From Candidatus Brocadia sp. (GTDB taxonomy: Bacteria > Planctomycetota > Brocadiia > Brocadiales > Brocadiaceae): 32,000 nt of DNA. Of this stretch, positions 13,703 through 21,527 are shown one piece after another; position 1 is the stretch's first letter, and each line of letters opens with the position of its first letter. Below the pieces are notes generated by a model. That model saw only the letters and a program-made list of their open reading frames with translations. It had not been told where the DNA came from and made no database searches. The position numbers were made by a program, and so were the translations under genes. The stretch is from assembly GCA_021650915.1 (NCBI GenBank), contig CP091279.1, forward strand, positions 210,001 to 242,000. Direction: 5' to 3'.

Positions 13703-15040
13703 TCAACGTGCACCGCGCGAGTGACGAGATCTTCGTGTTGGCGAATCGGTCACAGGGGAAACCTGCGAGTGGCGATGCTTCGTTGTCCTTGTGAATGATG
13801 TTGTTTGAGTGTCTGTCCCGGAGGCGGCTCTTTTTTGCCTGGTCCGCCGTGCTGTGGCCTGCTTGTGTTTGTGGCTTCGCGGTGGTTGGTGGAGCGCAGA
13901 TGCCGTCTTCTGCGCGGGCGCAGTGTACGTGAAGTCCTTCAGTGTCCGCCGTTCCAGTTTTACGCCAAGGGCGCTCTCTATGGTGCGTACCATGGAGGCG
14001 TCTTCCCGTGTAACAAGGGTAAATGCATCTCCGGTTTTTGCGGCACGGCCGGTGCGACCAATGCGATGGGTGTAAGCTTCCGCGGTGTCGGGTATGTCGT
14101 AGTTAATTACGTGAGAAATCCTTGAAACATCAATGCCGCGAGCGGCGATATCGGTTGCCACCAGGATCTTGAACGATCCGTCACGGAAACCATCGAGTGC
14201 AGCTTGTCTCTGGTTTTGCGACAAGTTACCCTGCAGCGAAGTTGCACCGTGGCCAGCGTTTTTTAATTGCCGCGCTATCTGCCTGGCGCGATGCTTGGTA
14301 CGCGTAAAAACGAGTACGGATTCTGTGTCGGTGTGGTGCAAAATCTCCATCAGCAGCGCAGTTTTGAGATGCTTGTCAACCGGATACAACGCATGGGAGA
14401 CGGTGGTTAATGGCACGGTGTGGTCGATTTGTACGGTAACCGGGTCGCGCAGGATATCGTGTGCCAGATGCCGGATGTCAGATGGCATGGTGGCCGAGAA
14501 AAACAGCGTCTGTCGCTGTGCCGGCAGATGTTTTAAAATCTTCCGGATATCAGGCAGAAAGCCCATGTCGAACATGCGGTCCGCCTCGTCCAGCACGAGT
14601 ATCTCTAACGTTGCCGTATTGATCGTGCCCTGTCTGATATGGTCGAGGAGACGGCCAGGGCATGCGACGGCAATTTCTGCACCGCGGCGCAGTTTCTGAA
14701 TTTGCGGGTTTATAGCGACACCCCCGTAGATGGTAACGCTGCGTAATCCTGTTTGCCTGCCCAGTTCTCCGATCGTATCGTGTATCTGCTCTGCCAGCTC
14801 ACGCGTGGGTGCAATTATCAGGGCGCGAAGCCGTCCGCGTGGTCCTTGCATCAGACGCTGTAAAATCGGCAATACAAATGCAGCGGTTTTGCCGGTTCCG
14901 GTCTGGGCCAGGGCCATAATATCGCGTCCCTGAAGAATCGGCGGAATAGATTGAAGTTGTACGGGCGTGGGGGTAGTATACCCGGCCGCCTGCACGCCAG
15001 CCGCAATGTGCGGATGGAAATGAAATGATTTAAAATCCAC
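13703..15040 (-). CDS. rhlE: DEAD-box ATP-dependent RNA helicase (RhlE-like) with basic C-terminal tail
   Basis: Q motif TTPTPVQ, motif I AQTGTGKT, motif II VLDEADRM, motif III SAT, motif VI HRIGRTGR. Collinear with E. coli RhlE as I recall it. Confidence 0.9.
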   Translation of the reverse strand: MDFKSFHFHPHIAAGVQAAGYTTPTPVQLQSIPPILQGRDIMALAQTGTGKTAAFVLPILQRLMQGPRGRLRALIIAPTRELAEQIHDTIGELGRQTGLRSVTIYGGVAINPQIQKLRRGAEIAVACPGRLLDHIRQGTINTATLEILVLDEADRMFDMGFLPDIRKILKHLPAQRQTLFFSATMPSDIRHLAHDILRDPVTVQIDHTVPLTTVSHALYPVDKHLKTALLMEILHHTDTESVLVFTRTKHRARQIARQLKNAGHGATSLQGNLSQNQRQAALDGFRDGSFKILVATDIAARGIDVSRISHVINYDIPDTAEAYTHRIGRTGRAAKTGDAFTLVTREDASMVRTIESALGVKLERRTLKDFTYTAPAQKTASALHQPPRSHKHKQATARRTRQKRAASGTDTQTTSFTRTTKHRHSQVSPVTDSPTRRSRHSRGAR

Positions 15041-15598
15041 AAAAACTCCTTATGGTTAAAATATGGGCCGGATCACGTCAGTTCATGGCCCTCTGATAAA
15101 TGATGATTCATGTATTGCTTGTAGTATCCAGAACTAACAGACAGGGATGATTCAATAGTTGGGGAGAGACCATTTGAATGTGAACAGTAAACCTGTGCCG
15201 CGGGGCGGAGACGTTTGTCCGGTCTGATAGATATTAGGCAGCTCTGAATAGCCAATTACCTGTTTCAGTTCGCGACTATTACATAGCCTTGCCTCAACTC
15301 TCGAACGCAATGTCCAATGAGCATACGGTGTGAATGATTATGAAATTATTGTTTCTCTGTAGCAGGTTATCTGAAATCCGAAATGCCTGATAAAAATCTG
15401 TCTAACAATTTAAGGTTCAAGGTATTATACAGATAATTTCTGTTAAGAAAACAAAATATTAAAATATATTTTCCGTTAAGCAGGTTTTTGAAATCTGTTT
15501 ATTCCGGTTTGGTAAACAGCAAGGCTTCAAATTCACGGATTATCAGCCAGGGAAGCAGAAGGTCACAGGCCGCTTGAGTTTTTGGTTTTGAATGGCGA

Positions 15599-15787
15599 TC
15601 ATGGATGCTCTTCCAGGTATTTTCTGATGGCTAATTGGGCAATGGCGAACTCCTCAATCTTTCGTACCATGTGTAACACGTGATGCCATTCTTCCGGCGT
15701 GCCAGCGAGGCCTTCTTCTTTAAATTTTTTTTCCAATTTTTTCAAATCTAATTCCAGTAAGTCGAGTCTGTTTTTTAAATCTTTCAC
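15599..15787 (-). CDS. hypothetical small coiled-coil protein (62 aa)
   Basis: GTG start preceded by GGAG about 7 nt upstream. Charged heptad-like sequence LDLLELDLKKLEKKFKEE. No recognisable family. Confidence 0.4.
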   Translation of the reverse strand: MKDLKNRLDLLELDLKKLEKKFKEEGLAGTPEEWHHVLHMVRKIEEFAIAQLAIRKYLEEHP

Positions 15788-15821
15788 GGTTTTCTCCAGT
15801 AATGGTACTATTCAAATTACT

Positions 15822-15973
15822 GCAAAGGCGCAAAGAGCGCAAAGGCTTGAATCAGTTGTAAGTTGACAGTTTACAGTTGACAGTTAACAGTTAAAAGTTC
15901 AACGTAAAACTCAAAACTCAAAACTCAAAACTCTCAACTTTCAACTTTCTTTGCGTCCTTTGCGTCTTTGCGG
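15822..15973. repeat. composite palindromic repeat: 14 consecutive heptamers flanked by inverted GCAAAG-triplet arms
   Basis: Heptads run at 15853-15950 (cagttgt aagttga cagttta cagttga cagttaa cagttaa aagttca acgtaaa actcaaa x3 actctca actttca actttct). The arms 15822-15846 and 15948-15973 are imperfect inverted repeats (about 19/23). Confidence 0.8.
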
Positions 15974-15989
15974 TGAACTATCTTGTATT

Positions 15990-16730
15990 TTACGGAATTT
16001 TCTTTGCTGGTTTATCATGATCATGATACAGGGAAAATTCATCTTTGGCCTTGTCCGTCCAGCCCTTTGCGGTATAGGCGATGCCAAGCTTTTGGTGGGT
16101 TTCCCTATCTTTGGGTTTGTAGGCCAATGCCGTTTTGAATTCTCTGATCGCATCGTCAATCATCCCGTGAGAGAAATAAGAGAATCCCAGGTTGTAATGA
16201 ACAGAGGCCTTTTGTTTCGTTTTGTCTTCAGAGAGGAGTTCTAAGGATTTTTGATACTGAGGAATAGCCTCATGGTGTAGTCCCTTGCATCGGTATGCGT
16301 AGCCAAGGTTATAGTGCGCCTCTGCCGAATCCGGATTTTGAGTAATCGCCGTCTGAAAGGCACAGATGGCTTCATCCTGCAAGCCCATGTCCCGGTATAA
16401 CAAGCCCTGGTAATAGTAAATATCAGGGTAATTTTTATCCTTTTCCAACAAGGTATTAAATGCCATAAGGGCAGCCGAATAGTTCCCCTGGTTTCCGCAC
16501 GTCAGGGCAAATTGGAACAAGTCATTATTGCTCATGGCTCTTAGTTTATCATTCAACTGTTGAATCTCTAATTTCTGGGAATTTTGAGAATCGTTAGCGG
16601 TTTCACCACTAATACTTCCTGATTTATAAATAATCCCTATGTCCGGGGATGTGGCATCATTCCTACTACAACCCAGCATGAAAGCTACAGGGAGAAGGCT
16701 CAGAAGAATCGTAACATAATAATATTTCAT
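15990..16730 (-). CDS. TPR-repeat lipoprotein
   Basis: Signal peptide with lipobox (LLPVAFMLGC). Repeated TPR consensus (AHYNLGYAYRCKGLHHEAI, VHYNLGFSYFSHGMIDDAI, and others). Confidence 0.8.
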   Translation of the reverse strand: MKYYYVTILLSLLPVAFMLGCSRNDATSPDIGIIYKSGSISGETANDSQNSQKLEIQQLNDKLRAMSNNDLFQFALTCGNQGNYSAALMAFNTLLEKDKNYPDIYYYQGLLYRDMGLQDEAICAFQTAITQNPDSAEAHYNLGYAYRCKGLHHEAIPQYQKSLELLSEDKTKQKASVHYNLGFSYFSHGMIDDAIREFKTALAYKPKDRETHQKLGIAYTAKGWTDKAKDEFSLYHDHDKPAKKIP

Positions 16731-16887
16731 GATAAAAAACCTTTCTAAAAGTACAGAATATGTTCACGTGTTGTTTTATCAGGGTAAAAGAATTACCTGA
16801 ATTTTGCAAGAAAAATACGATATGAAATAGATTTTTATGGGAAGTTATTGTTTTTAAAGAAACGGGTAAATATGGTATAATTTTTGT

Positions 16888-17187
16888 ATGATTAACAATA
16901 CGGTAAAAGACATCATAGCCCCTTGCCTTTGGGGGGCTGCAATCAACTCGCTTGATCTTGAATTCGATAAATTCCTCATCATTGAACGAGCTTTAGAACA
17001 TGGCGGTGACAGGCAAATTGAGTTTGCTTTGGCAACTTTCAATCACGACGATATCATCTATGTGGTACAGCAAAGCTCTTATCTAAGTCCCAGGACTGTC
17101 AATTATTGGTGTTTGTTTTTTGACCTGAAAAGGGAGGATACAAAGTGCTTCCAGAAGCAATACCGGTATCTGTGGCCACCCTTTTAG
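16888..17187 (+). CDS. small protein upstream of AbiEii-like NTase (DUF6922-like, putative antitoxin/partner)
   Basis: 99 aa. The pattern LWGAAINSLDLEFDKFLIIERALEHGG...SPRTVNYWCLFF resembles the small partner proteins found 5' of AbiEii-family genes. It overlaps the downstream ORF by 43 nt. Confidence 0.5.
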   Translation: MINNTVKDIIAPCLWGAAINSLDLEFDKFLIIERALEHGGDRQIEFALATFNHDDIIYVVQQSSYLSPRTVNYWCLFFDLKREDTKCFQKQYRYLWPPF

Positions 17188-17822
17188 ATGATATTCACAC
17201 CTGGCCATTGCCAGTTGGCACCTATATGGCAGGCGGAACTGCTGTTGCCATATACTTGAATCATAGGGTATCAGTGGATATCGATTTGTTCACAGAAAAA
17301 GAGTTCTATTGCAGTTCTATTATAGTTCCTATCGGTCAAAGATATGTCACTACGATAACAAATCCTGCAGAAAAGAATACGCTGACAGCGATGGTCGCTA
17401 ACGTCAGGTTCAGCCTTTTTCATTATCCGTATCCACTTCTTAAACCCCTGGTGAATAAGCCGGAGTGTAATATCGGATTAGCATCGCCAGAGGATATTGC
17501 AGCTATGAAGGTTGTGGCTATAACGCAGAGAGGAAGCGCAAAAGATTTTGTTGATCTTCATGCACTCATAGGGGCTTTTGGATTACCGTTGGATTATTTG
17601 ATAGTGCAGGTTCTGAAAAAATATGGAGTTTCTGGAGATTACGGCTATCAGATAAAGAGGAGTCTGGTATATTTTGATGATGCTGTGAGGAGCTTGGGTG
17701 ATGTAACCGTAATGAGAAATGAAAAAGAGGTAAGACTGGACAGGCATGAGTGGACAAAAATTGAGGAGTTTTTTAAGAGCCTGGTGTTAGGTCGTTATAC
17801 TCCGCAGGCTCACAATTTGTGA
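17145..17822 (+). CDS. nucleotidyltransferase, AbiEii/AbiGii toxin-like family
   Basis: YMAGGTAVAIYLNHRVSVDIDLF is the family's N-terminal signature (GGTAL..HR.S.D.D.F). The GTG start is uncertain. The last 27 nt plus stop lie inside MITE-like copy B. Confidence 0.7.
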   Translation: MLPEAIPVSVATLLDDIHTWPLPVGTYMAGGTAVAIYLNHRVSVDIDLFTEKEFYCSSIIVPIGQRYVTTITNPAEKNTLTAMVANVRFSLFHYPYPLLKPLVNKPECNIGLASPEDIAAMKVVAITQRGSAKDFVDLHALIGAFGLPLDYLIVQVLKKYGVSGDYGYQIKRSLVYFDDAVRSLGDVTVMRNEKEVRLDRHEWTKIEEFFKSLVLGRYTPQAHNL

Positions 17823-17912
17823 TTTATAGTAGTTCAACACGGACAAACAGAGTTTGTCCATGCCACCTTATTATCAATTTAAAATTCATATTTTATGAGC
17901 ATCTTGAGTATA
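17796..17912 (+). mobile_element. 117-bp MITE-like element, copy B
   Basis: See copy A. It has the same termini tatactc...gagtata. It overlaps the 3' end of the NTase gene. Confidence 0.6.
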
Positions 17913-18021
17913 AAAATCGTTAGCTGCAATTTAGCTTTACAAATGAGTCAAGTTTTAGATGTAACAAGAGAAGACAAAAATTGTACAGTTTATTGGTGTC
18001 TTTTTTCTGTGTAATCTGCGG

Positions 18022-18052
18022 AATCGTTCGACTAAGCGCTCACGACGAAGTC
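18022..18052. repeat. 31-bp repeat, inverted partner of 1242-1272
   Basis: aatcgttcgactaagcgctcacgacgaagtc matches the reverse complement of 1242-1272 at 29/31 positions. Confidence 0.7.
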
Positions 18053-18093
18053 TGTGGTTTCAATGTTTTATTGATCTGAGGCTTTGTCTCGTC

Positions 18094-19389
18094 TTATTTA
18101 AGCATTGCCGTCGTGCGCTTCTTACTCATCACGTTATAGCTGCCCACCACGACAAAATTCCGCTTTTCGGGCACAAAGATTTCTGCAATGGCGTTTTGTA
18201 CGGACTCCAGCTTGACGTCATGGATCTTTTGCGCCTGATTTTCCGGGGTGTCTGGTCTCTTTGGGGCAAGTAAAAGTTCTTCTATGCCGAACCAGTTTGC
18301 CATGGCGAGCGGACTATCCATGAGGAGTTGTGTCTGGCTGAAGACCCGTTCCTCCGTTCTGCTGAGTTCCTGTTCCGTGATTCCTTCCCGGAAGAGCCTG
18401 TGCACCTCAGCCATCACGGCCTTTGTTGTCTTTTCAAAGTTTTCCTTTTTCGTCGATGTATAGATATCAAGCGACCCCACATCAGAAAACATGGTGGGAT
18501 AGCAGGTAATATCGTATACCAAACCCAATTTTTCCCGAACGTTGAGTGATAATCGGGAGCTAATCCCGCCGCCCAAAATATCTGCGAGGATAAGCATGAT
18601 AATGACCTTTTCATGTTTATAGGGGTATGCCTTGTGGCAGAGTTTAAAACTCGTCGTTTGCGACGGAGATTTTTTGAATAGATATCTTGGCTCCGTTTGT
18701 GCGGTTGTGAGAGACGGTTTCTGCCCGGAAGTCGTTCCGCGCACCTGTCCGAATATTTCATTTACATAGTGGGTAACCATGTCTCTCCTGAAATTCCCGC
18801 TAACGCAAAGCACAATATTCTCCGGGACGAAGAATTTTTTATAATGCGTGTTCAGATCTTTAGCAGACAAGGATGCAATAGTTTTTTCGTCCCCGAATAG
18901 AGGCACCCCGGCTGAGCTATCCTTCCACATCAGGGAAAATGACATATCGTCAATTCCCACATAATCTCCCTTTACATCCACGAATTGTTTCATCTCTTCC
19001 TGGATAATGCGCCTTTCTATTTCAAGGTCAGCAGCCTTGAAGTTTCCGCCCAGGAGAACGTCTCCCAGGATGCGTATGCCTTTTTCGGTATGTTTGTGGT
19101 GAACCTGAATAGTTGCGGCTGAATACTCTGGTGAGGTATAGGCATCGATATCACCGCCGATCGTATCTATGGCCTGAAATAATTCGAAAGAATTTTGAAA
19201 CTGTCTTGTCCCGCGGAAAAGCATGTGTTCAAGGAAGTGTGAGATGCCGAGCTGTTTCTCTTCTTCGTAACGGGATCCAACGCCGATATAAGCGGAGATA
19301 ACGACGGAATGGATATGGGGCATTTCGATATAAATGACGCGCAATCCGTTTGGCAATAGTTCTTTCCGGTATGTGTACATACGTTTCAA
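18094..19389 (-). CDS. M16-family (pitrilysin/insulinase-like) zinc metallopeptidase
   Basis: HxxEH zinc motif in GISHFLEHMLFRGT. Two-domain length (431 aa) typical of bacterial M16B peptidases. Confidence 0.85.
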   Translation of the reverse strand: MKRMYTYRKELLPNGLRVIYIEMPHIHSVVISAYIGVGSRYEEEKQLGISHFLEHMLFRGTRQFQNSFELFQAIDTIGGDIDAYTSPEYSAATIQVHHKHTEKGIRILGDVLLGGNFKAADLEIERRIIQEEMKQFVDVKGDYVGIDDMSFSLMWKDSSAGVPLFGDEKTIASLSAKDLNTHYKKFFVPENIVLCVSGNFRRDMVTHYVNEIFGQVRGTTSGQKPSLTTAQTEPRYLFKKSPSQTTSFKLCHKAYPYKHEKVIIMLILADILGGGISSRLSLNVREKLGLVYDITCYPTMFSDVGSLDIYTSTKKENFEKTTKAVMAEVHRLFREGITEQELSRTEERVFSQTQLLMDSPLAMANWFGIEELLLAPKRPDTPENQAQKIHDVKLESVQNAIAEIFVPEKRNFVVVGSYNVMSKKRTTAMLK

Positions 19390-19811
19390 AGCAAAGTAAA
19401 GTGACCCGGCAATAGTTATTGCCGCTGTACTATTTAAAATATCTAACTATTTACTGACTGAAGCGCCATGAAGATTTCTTAATTTTTATGGTATCATGCT
19501 ATCTGATTCTTCTTAATAGAACAAATTGTAATAGAAATTTCAAATATGAAATAATAAGATGATCAAAAGGAACACGATACGGTACGCGAAGAGATCCTAT
19601 AATCATTGTTAAATAGCAGATGTCAAGGCAATAAGGTCATCGGAATACATGGCAAACTTTTTTTGGAATGAACTTTGCGATTTAAGCAGTTTAACATGTA
19701 GTGGAAGATATCGTATTCTCAATTTCCCGTAGGGCGTAATTATCAACACGAATATCATGCAAGGTATGCATAATAACAGAAATTTAAGGTATTTGATTTA
19801 ATGGAGGAAAG

Positions 19812-20804
19812 ATGGACGTAGATTTGATTGTAAATAACTTGGTGCACCCTCCCGTGCTCTTTTTTTTTCTCGGAATGATTGCGGCGTTTTGCAAATCAGA
19901 CTTAAAAATTCCTGAACCGCTGCCCAAGCTTTTCTCCCTCTATTTATTGCTTGCCATTGGGTTCCATGGAGGGGTTGAATTGCGGAAGACGGGGATCACT
20001 CATGAGGTGGTGTTTGCGCTCTCCGCCGCCATCCTTATGTCTATTATTGTGCCACTCTATGCGTTCCTTATTTTAAGGCTCAAACTGGACGTCTATAACG
20101 CTGCTGCAATTGCTGCGACCTATGGATCCATAAGTGCGGTGACTTATATCACGGCGGTTACCTTTCTTCAAACTTTGGGACTTGTGCCGGGGGGGTATAT
20201 GGTAGCCGCTTTGGCGCTTATGGAATCGCCGGCGATTGTTATTGGTATTATCCTGGCAAGGTTATTCGCTCCCAAGAAGGAGAAAGAGGAAAATGAATTT
20301 TCCTGGCTTGAAGTCTTTCGGGAGGCATTTCTGAACGGTTCTGTATTGTTGCTAACCGGTAGCCTTTTGATAGGATGGGCTTCCGGAGAAGAGGGGTGGG
20401 ATACCCTGAAACCTTTTACCAAGGATATCTTTAAAGGCATGCTCAGCTTTTTTCTCCTCGACATGGGGCTTCTGGCGGCAAAGAGGATTGGTGATTTAAA
20501 AAGCGCTGGATTTTTTTTACCCCCTTTTGCTATATTAATGCCGGTATTTAACGGGTGTGTTGGCATCGTGATAGCAAGGCTTATCAGTTTGCAGCCGGAA
20601 AATGCCCTGATGCTTGCTGTGCTCTGTGCCAGCGCCTCATACATTGCGGTTCCTGCTGCCATGAGATTGTCGCTCCCCGAGGCAAATCCGAGCCTGTTCG
20701 TGCCTATGGCGTTAGCGATTACGTTTCCGTTTAACATCATCGTGGGGATACCGTTATATTATTATTTAATTAAGAAGGTTAATGAGTTAATTCCAGCACT
20801 TTAG
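19812..20804 (+). CDS. sbtA: SbtA-family (DUF897) sodium-dependent bicarbonate transporter-like permease
   Basis: About 10 TM helices. Collinear by eye with cyanobacterial SbtA (N-terminal PPVLFFFLGMIAA, C-terminal ASASYIAVPAAMRLSLPEANPS). A PII-like gene follows. Confidence 0.75.
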   Translation: MDVDLIVNNLVHPPVLFFFLGMIAAFCKSDLKIPEPLPKLFSLYLLLAIGFHGGVELRKTGITHEVVFALSAAILMSIIVPLYAFLILRLKLDVYNAAAIAATYGSISAVTYITAVTFLQTLGLVPGGYMVAALALMESPAIVIGIILARLFAPKKEKEENEFSWLEVFREAFLNGSVLLLTGSLLIGWASGEEGWDTLKPFTKDIFKGMLSFFLLDMGLLAAKRIGDLKSAGFFLPPFAILMPVFNGCVGIVIARLISLQPENALMLAVLCASASYIAVPAAMRLSLPEANPSLFVPMALAITFPFNIIVGIPLYYYLIKKVNELIPAL

Positions 20805-20814
20805 GGAAAAAATT

Positions 20815-21111
20815 ATGAAATCAGTATCGAAAGTAGAAATAATAATCGATTCTCTTGAAGTTAAACATGTCGTTAAGTTTCTTGATGAGATAGGGGTATC
20901 AGGTTATAGCATTTTCAATGACGTGATCGGAAAAGGCCATAGAGGTATAAGGTCTGGGTTTGAATTAACGGATCTCTTCAAAAATAGTTACATCATGGTT
21001 GTGTGCGACGAAAAAGAGATGCACAAGATCGTAGAAGCTATACGCCCGATTATCAAGAAGTCTGGCGGTATTTGCATCGTGTCCGATGTTGTGACGAGGA
21101 TCGATCAATAG
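20815..21111 (+). CDS. sbtB: PII-like signalling protein SbtB
   Basis: 98 aa. KVEIIIDSLEVKHVVKFLDEIGVSGYSIFNDVIGKGHRG aligns with SbtB/PII beta-alpha-beta plus T-loop. It lies 10 nt downstream of sbtA. Confidence 0.7.
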   Translation: MKSVSKVEIIIDSLEVKHVVKFLDEIGVSGYSIFNDVIGKGHRGIRSGFELTDLFKNSYIMVVCDEKEMHKIVEAIRPIIKKSGGICIVSDVVTRIDQ

Positions 21112-21373
21112 AAAGGCATCTGGCCGCTTGATGCGTGTGTGTATCATCGAGATAAATTAGTCTTTAGCTTTGCTTAGAAGGACAAACAGAGCCATCCAGG
21201 GGCATGTCCTGAGCATAGCGAAGGAAATGGAACGACAAAGAATCTCGTCTTTGAAATTCCTTAACAGTATAACATTAGGATAACCATGGACAAACAAGGT
21301 TTGTCCGTGCCACATCACAACTTGTTTAAATAAAAAGAAGATTCCCAGTCAGAACAGGTCGGAAAAGCAAATT

Positions 21374-21406
21374 ACCCCTGTCAGGGTTTAAAACCCTGAC
21401 AGGGGT
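21374..21406. terminator. perfect 16-bp palindrome between convergent sbtB and purN; candidate bidirectional terminator
   Basis: acccctgtcagggttt (21374-21389), a single a, then aaaccctgacaggggt (21391-21406). The T-rich flank on the minus-strand side is aatttgcttttcc. Confidence 0.5.
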
Positions 21407-21527
21407 ATGTTCATTCATAATTTTTGCCAGAAATGTCAAAAAGTTTTTTATTAGACACTAACAATCGGATTACAGAGCTATCAGGATTTTTCTGTGGGTT
21501 GAGGTGATGCCTTGCCTGATTCAAAGG

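Noticed and set aside
14133-14699. 188-aa plus-strand ORF, with the neighbouring 106, 88 and 67-aa ORFs, antisense to the helicase
   Set aside because: These are shadow ORFs inside a strongly supported GC-rich DEAD-box helicase gene. Their Arg/Ser/Cys-rich low-complexity translations have no motifs.
15041-15598. tRNA, other structured RNA gene, or cold-shock-type regulatory leader in the 558-bp region upstream of the helicase
   Set aside because: I could not identify a cloverleaf, conserved riboswitch core or other recognisable RNA motif by eye. A long 5' UTR is plausible for a DEAD-box helicase but is unsupported by the sequence alone.
15822-15973. CRISPR array
   Set aside because: The repeats are 7-9 nt units in direct contact with no spacers. 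No cas genes are present in the window. No other CRISPR-like array was seen.
20168-20740. 190-aa minus-strand ORF inside sbtA
   Set aside because: It is an antisense shadow of a membrane-protein gene, with no independent support.
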